DNA of 63,343 bases, filler included, from Choristocarpus tenellus KU-1152 (lineage: Eukaryota; Protista; Phaeophyceae): assembly GCA_964200185.2 (NCBI GenBank). It is 11 parts of 11 records of this genome, joined end to end, with 100 filler letters (N's around TTAATTAATTAA, not from the genome) between each part and the next. Parts side by side here need not be neighbours in the genome. Positions count along the whole stretch, not along the records: positions 9,751 to 16,713 come from CAXNAD020006956.1; positions 16,814 to 22,735 come from CAXNAD020009407.1; positions 22,836 to 27,929 come from CAXNAD020011895.1; 8 more parts are not named here. One strand, written 5' to 3'. The notes under the pieces were generated by a model. It was not told where the DNA came from and searched no databases. It saw only the letters and a program-made list of their open reading frames with translations. This document shows, piece by piece, positions 12,344 through 24,223 of this stretch (its first letter is position 1; each line of letters begins with the position of its first letter). The position numbers and the translations under genes are program-made.

Positions 12344-13943
12344 ATGGTAGGCAATTATGGGAGTCTAGCTGCTTCAGCAGCCTTAGGAGTCGCCGCTGGT
12401 GTAGCTGCAACTACTGCTTGGAATCGTGCGTCTCGAAGGTCGGCAATCATATATTCTCTACTGCCATTGTATTGAACTTTGTATCGCCTGACAGCTCAGA
12501 GCAGCTTGATGTCGTGGTTGTTGGCAATCCAATCTGCACGACAGTATCAATGCCCAATTGCAGTACACTTACTCCGGACTGGATGCCTTGCATACAGGGA
12601 CCTTACGGATGTGGATGAGAGTGCGACAAAGGAAATATCATCACCGGTATGGTTGTTGCTGTTTGCTGTCTTGGTGTAACTGTGCAGGTGGCTGCGTTCA
12701 TCCTAAATTGATACTATCTTGTATGATGCAAAGCTCTTTCTCCTATCTAGCTGAATTCTAACGCCCCAGCACAAGGAGAATTTTCCGTTGGTGTTCTGGT
12801 GCTACAGGCTTATATGATGCCCAAAGCAGTATGTTGTATCGAGCCCCGAATTCGCCTTGCTGGATTTGGAGGGGATTATGTATAATTGAGATTTCCTCTT
12901 AACGGTTCTACAACAGTAGACACACTAGACCCTTTTCCGCCAGACCACACTAATGTCCAAAACACGACTCTCTTCTCACCACTACCGCCTCCACTCCCCT
13001 GTTACCATGTTCCATTGCGACAAGACCGAACCTACGCCTCCGTACTCTCCATTTATAGAGCCATTCGTCACAAAATACGGATTCCCATATCTAGACCAAG
13101 TGCTCCTCCCATCTGAAGAGTTCACGGCCTGCTTCGACTCCCGCACCCGCAATCCGCGTTGGGTGGTTGAGAGAATCAACAAGGACACCCTGGATGGTCC
13201 TGGTGATCGTAGTGAGGTATTCTAGGACCAGGCACTCCTTGGGGACAGGATGGCTAGACATTGGGTTGGGATTGAATTCTAAGTCAGAAGTCAAGCCTCC
13301 TTCTCCCCAGGAATGGTTTTTACTTGTATAACTATTTGGATGTTTATCTGGGGAATACTGTGTGGTCTTTTGCCCTTTCACTCTCAATGGTCAACCCTCC
13401 CCGCCCCCCCCCCTGCCTTCCACAAAACCAGTCTTCACAGTCGTCAACAAAAATTGTAGCTTTTTCTGTTGCGTGGTACTGAGGCAGTTGACCATCGTGC
13501 CCAAAGACTTAAACCTGGAGGGAAACACAAGGCATAGAGCTCTAGTACATGATACCACTGATTGCACTGTGTGACACGGTAAGGTGTACCCTGTCTGTTC
13601 AAACGTTGGAGATAACCCTAACCCTAACTCTTAAGAAATGGAAGAGAATGGAGGACACGATTACCTTGCTCCAACCCCACCCCTCACACATACACACACC
13701 CTGCCTCCACAATCTCTCCCAACCCCCTGTTGCGCGTTCTTTACGTGGGATTTGATTTCCATTTCACAAAAAAAAAAGTCTTCATTTTTCTCAGACAAAC
13801 GCCTCGATCCCCTTTTCCGAAGCGAGCTAAGCGACTACCGTGGGAGTGGATTCGACCGAGGACACATGGCTCCGGCGGCGGACCACAAGACCTCACAGGC
13901 CGCACTGGATGAGACCTTTGCGCTCACCAACATGAGCCCCCAG
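12344..13943 (+). CDS. ENDOG: Endonuclease G / Nuc1-type DNA/RNA non-specific nuclease, 5' part
   Basis: Exons 12344-12438, 12598-12646, 12944-13216 and 13779-13943 splice in phase (the first two are less certain). Motifs KYGFP, FDSRTRNPRWVVE, DYRGSGFDRGHMAPAAD (DRGH active site) and ETFALTNMSPQ. Confidence 0.9.
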
Positions 13944-14098
13944 GTATAACGAGACTAGCGCCCTCTGTGCTGCGTTGCTTGAAGTGTAATCGAAGTCTCT
14001 TCCGTTCGCATCACAGAGTAATGCGCTTTTATTTTTTTAAGTGAACGCATGTATATAAATATATTAATGTATTAATATATATATATATATACATACAC

Positions 14099-14680
14099 TG
14101 TTGAAAGGGGGACATGGAGATGAATCCTCCCGTATCAAGGGGGGTATTGTAAGAGATGAGGAGGCCAAGAAGGAGCAAGCGGACAAGGGGGAGGGTCTTG
14201 TCAGTACTCTTCAGTACGGAGCAAGGATCGTTCCGGTTGGTTAGGGGATAATGGGAAGAGCAGGATTGTTGTTCAACATTGCGCCTCCCCATCGCTTCCG
14301 ATACCTCCCTCGATCCAGGAGGTTTCATCCCCTTTGCCCACCCCCCAGCTCATGGACAGAGCATAGAAGTGCCGGGGATAAAGCGGTCCTCTAGGGGAAT
14401 AGAGTAGGGAGAGAGCATGTGAGTGCCTCCAGTCTCCTTGTTGGTGCTGTCCTCAGTATTCCATCTTTTCTCATTGGAATCCAGTTCAGTACCATCCTCA
14501 ATCCAGGGGAGTACTGTCTTCGTTGCCCGTAAGTCCTCCTTCCATGAGGGACATTTGGGTGAGGTGTGTGAGTCGAGTGTGAGTGCAGAACATGATGGGG
14601 TCCCAGGCTTGTAAATTGTGTACGTAACTGCTGCTTGTTTTTTGTTAAGGTGTCTTGATGATCTATTGTCCCACACAACA
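14099..14680. mobile_element. Possible solo LTR in an EndoG intron
   Basis: Starts TGTTG right after an AT microsatellite and ends CAACA, 582 bp. No TSD is visible. Confidence 0.35.
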
Positions 14681-15224
14681 AGCTATATTATTGTTTATTA
14701 TTGTTTATTAGGTTTGTGTCGCCGTTGAGAAGAGAGTGAGACACCATCACTACATGGGGTCCACCAAAACCTTACAATGAATGACTCAGAATACCAAATG
14801 ACTCAACAGTTCTCTAGCGTACGTCAGATACACTCCGACCCTAACGTTCTCCACCAATTTTGCTTCTGGTCAAATACCCTAACCCTAAATATCCTTTTAA
14901 CGTTCCGCATCATCGTCTGCACGTACATAAAATAAGATAATATTACTGCTTCGAATCTTATTTTCAAAAAAATGGCCAAGCACAGATGTTGACACAATCC
15001 CCTGCTCTGACTGTGCAGTGAGAATTACATCAGTCCCAACAATAAATCCCAACTTGAGATCGAATCAACTTGCTCACTTCAAATGTTATTCACACACATG
15101 GACAAGCAAAATCTTGACACACTCCCCTGCTCTGTCCATGCGGCAAGAATCTAATGAACTCAATCTGCACACTACCCCTTAGTCACAGGGCGTGATAGTT
15201 CTAGAGCGGAATTCAAACACATTG

Positions 15225-16510
15225 CCTCTCAGAGCCTTCGTAAACAAATCTCCAATATTGATCGCCTGAGAGTTTACATAGACAATCTGTACCTTTCCCT
15301 CCTTCACCAAGTTCCTATCATAATGATATCTAATGTCTAATATCTATTTATTTATTTTTGTCCTGCCCCCCGAAGCTGTCTTCTCAGCCAACTTGAATAC
15401 CCCACTATTGCCTTCAAACAATCGTACACAATACTCATGCATAGTAAAAACATAATAACTGCTCCAAAAAAGAATGGACTTGCTGCAAAAACATAATAAC
15501 CTCCTTGGCCAAATCACACAACGACACAAACTCGGCCTCAGTGGTAGATAAAGCAACAGTTGTCTGCATTTCAGACCACCTGCTCACACATGCACCCCCA
15601 AACATCACCACGCCGCTAGACACTGAAAATCTCAGACCAACTCATAATTGCCGTAGTCTGCATCAGCATAACCAGTGAGTTGGTCCCTAGGTGCAGGGCA
15701 GCACCATAGAAGCTGAAGTCACCAAAGGTCAAACCCCTCTTATTGGTCCTCAACAAATAAGCAATCGCTCTTTCGTAGCAACAGCAGGAAGGCCACAGTC
15801 GCTCGGGATATCCCACATTTGGCTGCCAAGTTTTCAACATACGCCTTTTTTTTCGGTCTATGGAAACTGTCCCTAGTCCACAATCCCTGTTGATTTGACA
15901 CACACGCCATGAACTATCTCTTCTCCTCCCCAAGGCACTCCGCAGGGAATTTCTTGTTTAGTCCCTGAACTACATCCAAGGCATGCTTAGTTAGACCAGA
16001 CCCCTTGCTTGGGCCGTAAGCATCCATCATCGACATGAGTAAGCATGATCAGTACCAATTCCCCGTTCAAACAAAGATCAGTCTCACGTTGTTCCAGTCC
16101 CCGCTCCAGTAATGGTGCCACGAGTAGGGCATTCCAATTACGCCGCCACGCTTGGACAATCCCATGACAATGATTTTTGTAGCTTCTCAACCGCCCCCAT
16201 CAAATTAATACAGCTACCACCCCCTCTGGCAGCTCTGCATACGGGTCTTCCTCCAGGTCTGCATTGGTGAAAGCCCTCACTGCATCTGCCATACTCAGGT
16301 CGTACTCAGGTCAGGTCCCATCCCAACTGTGCAGTCGATGCAAGTATCACTCGCAGGCTTGACACTTGATGCCGTTGGTGCGAGCTGTTCATGCCAATCA
16401 TTCCAATCAATTCCAGGCCGTTGTCGAGATCCTTGTACCACCAGTCTTGCTTTCCAACGCTCCGTCAATCCCACCGAATTCACCTTCCTGCAACCTGCAC
16501 CCATGTGCAA
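15225..16510 (-). mobile_element. Degenerate Ty1/copia reverse transcriptase and RNase H
   Basis: Frameshifted motifs WKARLVVQG..QRPGIDW, AFTNADLEED, THVDDG, MQTTVALSTTEAEF, LDIRYHY, GDLFTKAL. PPT-like CAGGGGA tracts lie downstream at ~15000 and ~15125. Confidence 0.88.
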
Positions 16511-17289
16511 CAACGAGCAATCAACCCATCCATCTCAGCATAGATTGCCTCAATATCAATATCAATATCACTATCAATATCCATTCCTTGGACTCCCGAG
16601 ACCCAAGTGCTTCCTTCGCAGTAAAGAGGTACGGCGGCGGCGGTGGCGGCGGGGGGGGGGGGGAAAACCCACTAGCCGGAGGATATATACTATCCCCTGG
16701 CCGCCCCAGCCCCNNNNNNNNNNNNNNNNNNNNNNNNNNNNNNNNNNNNNNNNNNNNTTAATTAATTAANNNNNNNNNNNNNNNNNNNNNNNNNNNNNNN
16801 NNNNNNNNNNNNNACCCCACAAACAAAAAAAAAAAAAAGGGGGGTGGGGGGGGGGGGGGGGGAATGTGCAAACCTGATACATACATGACAGTCGCCCACC
16901 TCACCTCATCCGTCCATAAATAATAATATTGTGAGTGTATGTGGTTATTCCGATATTTCAGATCTTTGATTGAACGCAACAGCCAATAGCCTAAAAATAA
17001 CTCCATCAGATTACAAAGTGAAATACCTGCTGAATATAAATAAAATGGAAACTTCTTCAATACTACATACAGTAGCATTCACAAAAAGAGTATACCCAGC
17101 TGACCTACCTCACAAATACTCCTTAGCATATAAACAGCTTTGAAAGTAGTTCATCGAGAGGAACGCCACTTGCTCCACAGTAGTTATCAACAGCAACAAA
17201 TCAGAAAATCAAAATCTCGGCCCTAACCAACACGTCACAGGAGAAAAAATTGTTCCACTGTTATTTTTTATTTTTACATCAATTCTCAC

Positions 17290-20200
17290 CTCCAGGTTAC
17301 CAACGCCATCCAGCCGCGCCGAACCCACCCCCTGGATCCGAACAACCTCCCTCTCCTCTCCACCACAGCGTTGACTTTTAAGTCTTGCATCAACCCTCCA
17401 TTCCCTTTCTACAGAGGACCTTAGCTTATGCTTTGCCAATTCAGCATCAACCCCTCGCTCTTCCTTCCTTTCATACTGCCCTTGTTGCCGTTGGTGCCTC
17501 ACCCCAGGCCCCACGCCACCACCCCCAACCATTACTGTACTTGTGGGGCTCAGTGTGGCCACCGGGACTGCTCCACCTGAGTCCCACCTCTCTCCACACG
17601 ATGTCCTCGCTCCACTTTGCCCCTCCTCTTCCATAACACAACCCTCCCAAGCCCCAGAACGTCCCAGAGTTGTTCCAGAATCTGTGGTGAGGCCCAGAGC
17701 CATCACTGGAACGCGAGGTGGCCCTGGGGCTACAGTCGAGGCTTGGACAAGGAATCTATCACCACAATGGCTAGGAGCACTGTCGCTACCACCTCTGCGG
17801 TCCCTGTCCCCTCGATGTACCAGTGGTAGCCTTCCAGAAGTGGGTCCTCCCCTAGATTGATTCTGTGCCTTGTGGGTGAGAAGGGAACGCAGTCCTTCCT
17901 GCTCACCTGACAACCTGCGCTCTTCCTGCTGCTGTGGCTGAAGAGGAGGAGATGAGGGGGTGAGATAGAGACGGGCAAAATCTTCTGCGCATAGGCTGTT
18001 CTTCCCAGGGACCTCTGCAAGAGCCACCCCTAGCTGCGGTCCTGCTGGCTCTTCGCCTACAGAGCAACTAGACCCAGCTGCCACTGTTGACACCACAGCC
18101 TTTGCACCACCCTCCACCATTGCCTTTCTAGCACTGTGGACATTGATGATGCCCCTGCCTTCGAAGATCTCGGGTCCACCTACACCTGACCGCTGTCCTG
18201 AAGTGTAACAATGATTTACAGCACTCTCAATAGGAGCACTGCTCTCCCAATCTGGGACGCTGCACCCATCAGAGTCAGATGTAGATGTTGTCCCATCTCC
18301 AAACAAAAGTAGCTCATCCTCAGGGGATATTTCTTTGAAGCGAGGGGACAATGACTGCTGTGGTCCCGGAACAAGCTGCCGTTCTGCACGACATTGGTCT
18401 GACTGTGTAGGAGAAAATGGAAGAGACGCAGCACCACTCAAGCGCAAGTGAGCGTTCTGGGGTAGAACATGAGAAGGGGCTGCCGTCAGGTACTCATGCC
18501 GCAGAACAGGAAAGGAGGGCGATCCACTCCGATAGGCCACCCGCTCCGCCTGCAAACATCGCGCAAAACCATGCCTACCTACCCACAGATAGTAGTGCTT
18601 TGTGTCCTCCATGTCACCACCCAACACTGTTGACGACCCACCTGCAGGCACAGCTGGTACTGAAATTCCCTGAACACCCCTCCCCCCTCCAACCCAGGCC
18701 TCACCAATGCTCCGAGGCCATGCACCGCTAGGTCCTAAGGGCCACGAACAAACCTGACTCCCCTTCCCAGTGGAAGATGAGGGTATCTCTAGCCTCAGCG
18801 TCCCTCGTCGTGCTGAGAGAAGTACCATAGCACCATCAGGGAATGCCGCCACAAAGTCAGGCTCTGGAAAATTATCCATGAGTGCACAAGAAGCAACTTC
18901 ACCTTCTGCCCCATCAGCCTCGTCTGTCCAGACACCTCCTCTACCTCCACCCCCACGTTCTTCCCCTTGTCTGCCTCTGTTCCCACGACTGCCTGGAGCC
19001 CCTGTTCCACCAGGTCGACCCGGCAAAGATCGCTGGAGAAGGGCAGGAGCACGGGCAAAGCCCACATCCGTGGTGCCAGCGCAAAGCACACGCAGTTGAA
19101 GCTGCACCTTGGGGGTCTTACTGCGGAGAGAGTCTACGATTCCAGCAAGGCTAATGTAGAGAGGATGCCAAGGGTCTGGAAGTGAACCCAGGGGGATGGC
19201 GGCTCTACCCCCAACTCCAATATCTGTACCCTGCCCCTGCCGCTGTCGCTGCTGCCCCTCCTCCTTCCCCGGTTCCTCACAGTGGTCAATCCTATTCCCT
19301 CCACACACTACCCCAACCCACACATATAAGCCACCAGGCGCAACTACCAGCCACCTGTTTCTCACTTGCATTCTGGCACGCCCATCATGGAAGATCGCCA
19401 CAGATGCTCCACTGTCAACACGATGGGACATAGGCTGGAGACGGGAGGTCAACAAGGGCACTAGACTACCATTACCACCATCGGCAGTTGCCCTCACCCC
19501 GAACCCACCCACAACAGATTTTCGTCCCATTGCCCCTGCCCCAGCCCCAGCCTCTACTTGTACTCCCCCCTCCCTAATACCCCTCAAAGATGAAGCAGTT
19601 GCAGCAGCGGCAGCAGCTACATCACAACCGGGTTCATTATCACACCGAAGGGCACTCGCCACTGCCTGCAGCTCCCTCAGGTCCAGGGTGTTCTCTCCAC
19701 TCCCCAACACTTCCTCAGATAAACGCTGCCGCGGCAGCAGTGGCAATGGAGCAGGGGGACGAGCAGGAGAAGTCTCAGTATCAGCATCCCAAGGCCGCTC
19801 TCGACGCCTGCTAACATGCCGAGATTGGGGCATGGAAACACCACCTTCATCACTGGTTTGATCATCCCAACTCTCATGAGCACCAGCCGAGCCCTGACAC
19901 CCTAATTTCTCACCCAATTTGCCAATACCAACTGTAGTGCTGCGCCTCACCCCTGCAGTCCCACTAAGCCCCACCGCCAACTCCCCAGAGGACCTCACAC
20001 CACCCCGCCATCGCCCACGCCTCTTCCTCTGTCTCTGCCTATTGATGCCTGTGACAGCAGACGACCTGTCCTGGGTATGGCCAGCATATGCTCGACCTTT
20101 GTCCTCCTTCTCCTCTCCCCACACCCTACCATTCACTGACCCACCCCGTGGCCCCGTGAGTGTCTGTGCTTCCAGTTGCAATGTCCGACCACATGGGCAG

Positions 20201-22693
20201 CTGCGTCGTGTAACATCATTGTCATCTGTAACCCCCCTACGTCTGCTATTACAAACAGAAAATGAAGCATCCTCAGGAAACCTGCCCCTCACTCCACTCC
20301 TTTTTTTTCGTTCACTGCGCAGATCCTTAATAGGCACCTTTTGTCCACTTGGTACAGGATGTGGTATTTGTGGTCCATGCCCCCACTCTATAGACCCATA
20401 AGTGGTCCCTCTACGACAGGAAGACACTGAAGCATTGGGAAAATCAGGGGCTTCCAAACCTGGCGCAAATTCTAAGCAGTGGCGAGAATTTTCCACACAA
20501 CATACAAGAGGCATCCGCGAAGGGTCATTCACATGGTCATCCGTCCTTTTTCTTGGATTAGGGTGTCTGCAATCTGATCCAGGTTCAGGAATGGGTCTGA
20601 TGGGGGAAGAATGATGGGGGCTGGAAGAAAATCCAATTGGTGTATGCTGACTTTGCAGCATACCCCTCCTCCCCTCTTCCCTCCCACTCCCCCTGCTGCT
20701 GTCCAATGGCCCCATCCCACCACACTCATCATTCATATTTGCAGCTCTACCCCTGTCCATGACATCACTAATTGGACTAGTGTCCCATCTAACGCTGATG
20801 CTGTTACTGCTTTCAGAGCTGTGTTCAAGAGGCCCCAATGACATCTTCTCTCCCTTTCTATTCCAGACCTGCCCATCCTTAACACAACCTTCAGGATGAC
20901 CCTGCACACCTCCCAACCTTGTGGTACTGCCACTGCAACCACCACTATCCCCTCCTCTTAAAACATCTACCTGTTCCTGCCCAGTCCCCCAGTTTCGGCA
21001 AGAAACCTTCCCGTTCCTCCTGAGACCGTCCCCATCAAGCCCACCCGACAACTTGCCCCTACCAGGGGAAAAATCCACATCCCCACCTTCCGGTACTGTT
21101 TTAGCTGATGCCGAATCCAGGAGAGCAGGGAGGGTGGACAAGCGGTCCATTTTCGTTGCTGCAGTGGACACCGTGAGGGTGCTATAACCCATCCCTGGAG
21201 ATGATAGTGGAGACGTACCTTTCCCCATAGTCCTGCCAACTTCTATCAAATGGCTCTCTACTTTAGTACCAGCAGTGCCCCTCCCCACATCCCCTCTATT
21301 ACTCCAGGCATTCGTATTTTTTATAACGACTTCAAAGGTCTCTGGAGGTTGGTTGTCCCAGCTTGTCTCTTCCATTGCTGCAGTGGAGCGATCCAGGCTC
21401 AGGAAGGGATGTGACGCAATATTCTCCACACTCAATCTTTGCAAGGGATCCTGAGGGAATGAAATTTCAATCCATGGATGAGAGAGGTGCGTGTGTGGCA
21501 ACACTTTAGGTCAAATAACTGTAAGATTGTAGTGAAGACACCGGTATTGTGCAAAACCTCTGCTGCACTGATGATCATCTTTCACATGTTCAAGGAAGCG
21601 GGGATGAGGGAGGGTAAAACCAAAAAATCCCCCCAACTACAACTTGAGTATGCCAGCTCCGCTGGTCTGAAATTGATTCAATTGTTCTATGTTGAGAGGG
21701 GGCTGCAGTCCTTAAGAGTTCTTCGCAGTCAAAGATATCTAGGGCAAGCTATAGAACTACAACACACCAATTGGAGCATGCACCGCAAGAAATCTTTCGC
21801 ACAGGAGGAAAGCCCGTCCGGCTCCAGATATTGCCCACACCGTGCATTTGAGAGGGTGTCTCCAACCCTTTGGCCCTGAAAAGGCGCTCCCCCCGTCACC
21901 ATTGTGTAAAACAGGCATCCAGCAGACCAGATGTCGGCTGACAGGCCGTAGCCAGCCGATTGAACCTCGGGGGCCATGTAGTTAGGAGTGCCACAGATGG
22001 TGTGTCGCTCCTCTTGATTGTCCCTGAGAGGAAAATGGATTTGGGAGAAGAGCGCAACCGACGCAAGAGGATGATGGACATTACGCTACATGGGTAAATT
22101 GCAATACCGACAGCAAGCATAACCCATACCGACACTTCCAAAACAAACGAGGAAGCTATGAGGATATTGGAAAGGGGAGGTCTACTATGTCGGCGATGTG
22201 CTCCTCACTCTAGCATGACGGCAAGCCCAAAGTCGCTGATGCGCAGACGACGACGGTCCTGGGACAACAACAGATTGGAAAGCTTGAGATCGCGGTGTAG
22301 GATCCCACGGGAGTGAAGGAATGCTAATCCTGCAAGAATTTGGCCCATGAATCCCGCGACCTCGGCCTCCGAAAGAGAACCCCTGCTCTTAAGGTGACGA
22401 TAAAGGTCACCCCCTCCACAAAGTTCGAGCGCCAGGTAGACAAAACGGGTGTCCTCAAAGAAGTCCAGTAACTCCACCACAGCGGGATGTTTCAGCATCC
22501 AATGCAATCGCACTTCATTCGCGATGCGGGAAGTCAGGGAAGCATCTCCTCCAGGCAACGCCACCTTCTCTTTATCAATTACCTTGAGCGCTACCTCCCT
22601 ACCAGTGCTCCGCACACGAGCGCGGTACACGATTGCGAAACCCCCGCGACCCAACTCCTGGCCTACATCGTAATCATCTATCGATGCCGACAT
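17290..22693 (-). CDS. PLK4: Polo-like kinase 4 (SAK), 3' end incomplete
   Basis: Exons 22693-22209, 22023-21768 and 21450-17290. Kinase motifs GRGGFA, VALK, HRDLKLSN, DFGLA, TICGTPNYMAPE. Cryptic polo box PLLTSRLQP / LRSKTPKV / CALMDNFPEPDF..FPDG / FPV, and PB3 start IQGVGSA..GNLEV. Confidence 0.92.
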
Positions 22694-24223
22694 GATTAAA
22701 CCGTAAAGCCGGCGGGGGTACGGGCTTTACCCCCCNNNNNNNNNNNNNNNNNNNNNNNNNNNNNNNNNNNNNNNNNNNNTTAATTAATTAANNNNNNNNN
22801 NNNNNNNNNNNNNNNNNNNNNNNNNNNNNNNNNNNCGCACCATTTCGGTCAAACCCATCCTCCATGAAATGATCCATCCGCCATTATCATGATCCGCTGT
22901 TAATGGGAGAATATCCTATGCTATTAAACTCACTCTTCTTATTATGTCGTTCCCCATATTATTGTTTTAATATGACCATTTCTTTCTTACGAAAATTGCC
23001 TTGAGGGAGTACAGTAGTACCTATTCCGAGTTGTCGTCAAAGACAATACACACTGTCCGCACTAACAACCCAACCGTAGAGTTGTACTAATTCTAATTAT
23101 ACAGTCTCTGTGCCTCGGTTGTTCCAGGTGGGAATGCCCATCCCACTACTCGTCCTTCCACCTCCTCATCCTACCTCGAATCGTGTGTAGTGCTTGCCTT
23201 GGCGTCATACTCCGCCATGAAGCGCTGCCACCGAGTATCAGTTTTCCGTTATTTTTTTGGTAAAGCGACACACAGGACAGTGCAGGTCAACAATCCGTTA
23301 ATTGCTGTAGCCTAATTACTAATTCGATATGTTATTAGTAATATTGTAATAGTAGTAGTAGGTGATAACCCTCTCGATAATAAATTGGTACTTTGAACTA
23401 CTTTTCGTTAGTCCTCAGCTGTGTGTAGATCCGTAGTACTTTGGACTTTGGATAATCGAAACTAGATTTCTATAAATGTTGGCGAAGAGTGGCCGAGGAA
23501 TGATGTTGTTCATGTATGTGCTGAGGTGTGGGGATTCTCTTTCCATAATAAGATTTTTGTCTTTGTAACAATGATAGTTTTTGTTGTAGGGTGCGTTACC
23601 ATCTACGTATCGTGCGATTCCCACTATTTACACGCGATCGCGAGCATGTGCGCGGTACGATGGATAGGGGACACAACCAGAGATCGTGATAAAGGTGTTG
23701 GCACCATCCTGGTTGCCTGGAGTGTGTTATCGTGCTGTTCAATCGGTGAGTGGTATGTGCTAAACAATAGTTAGTCACCTGGAGATAATCTGGCTAGATA
23801 TAGTCAGAGCGGTTCTGCAAAGTTGGCAACTGTCCCACGTCCTGATGAATTAACTCCTTGGTGAGGGCTGGTTTTGGGTTGTGAGCAGCGTTGAAATGAC
23901 CCTTGAAGGCACTCTTCGGTTCAAATTAGCTAGGAGCCACGGTATCTTGCACGCCTTTTCTCGTTTTGTTCCTCACGATGTCATAGTTGTGGACATGTAA
24001 ACAAAATGCAGAACGGGTGAGTATCCTCACACTTCGCCACTGTCCACCTTCCAAGCTTCCTAACTATATCTAATAACCTTGAGTTCTATTTTGTAAGCAA
24101 AGAGTATATGCTGGTGAGAAAAGGAAGATACCTTCTTTGCCCTGTTGTTGACCCGATAGGGACCATCCCATACCTTCATTCCCATCAGGTGATATCTGCA
24201 AGAAGCACTAAGCAGGGGGCACC

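Noticed and set aside
17385-21239. Many antisense and alternative-frame ORFs over PLK4 (likewise over the helicase and the 723-aa ORF)
   Set aside because: These are shadow ORFs of long GC-rich coding exons with no independent motifs.
10456-22693. Cell-cycle gene cluster of BUB3 and PLK4
   Set aside because: The genes are on different contigs separated by a linker, so the adjacency is artificial.
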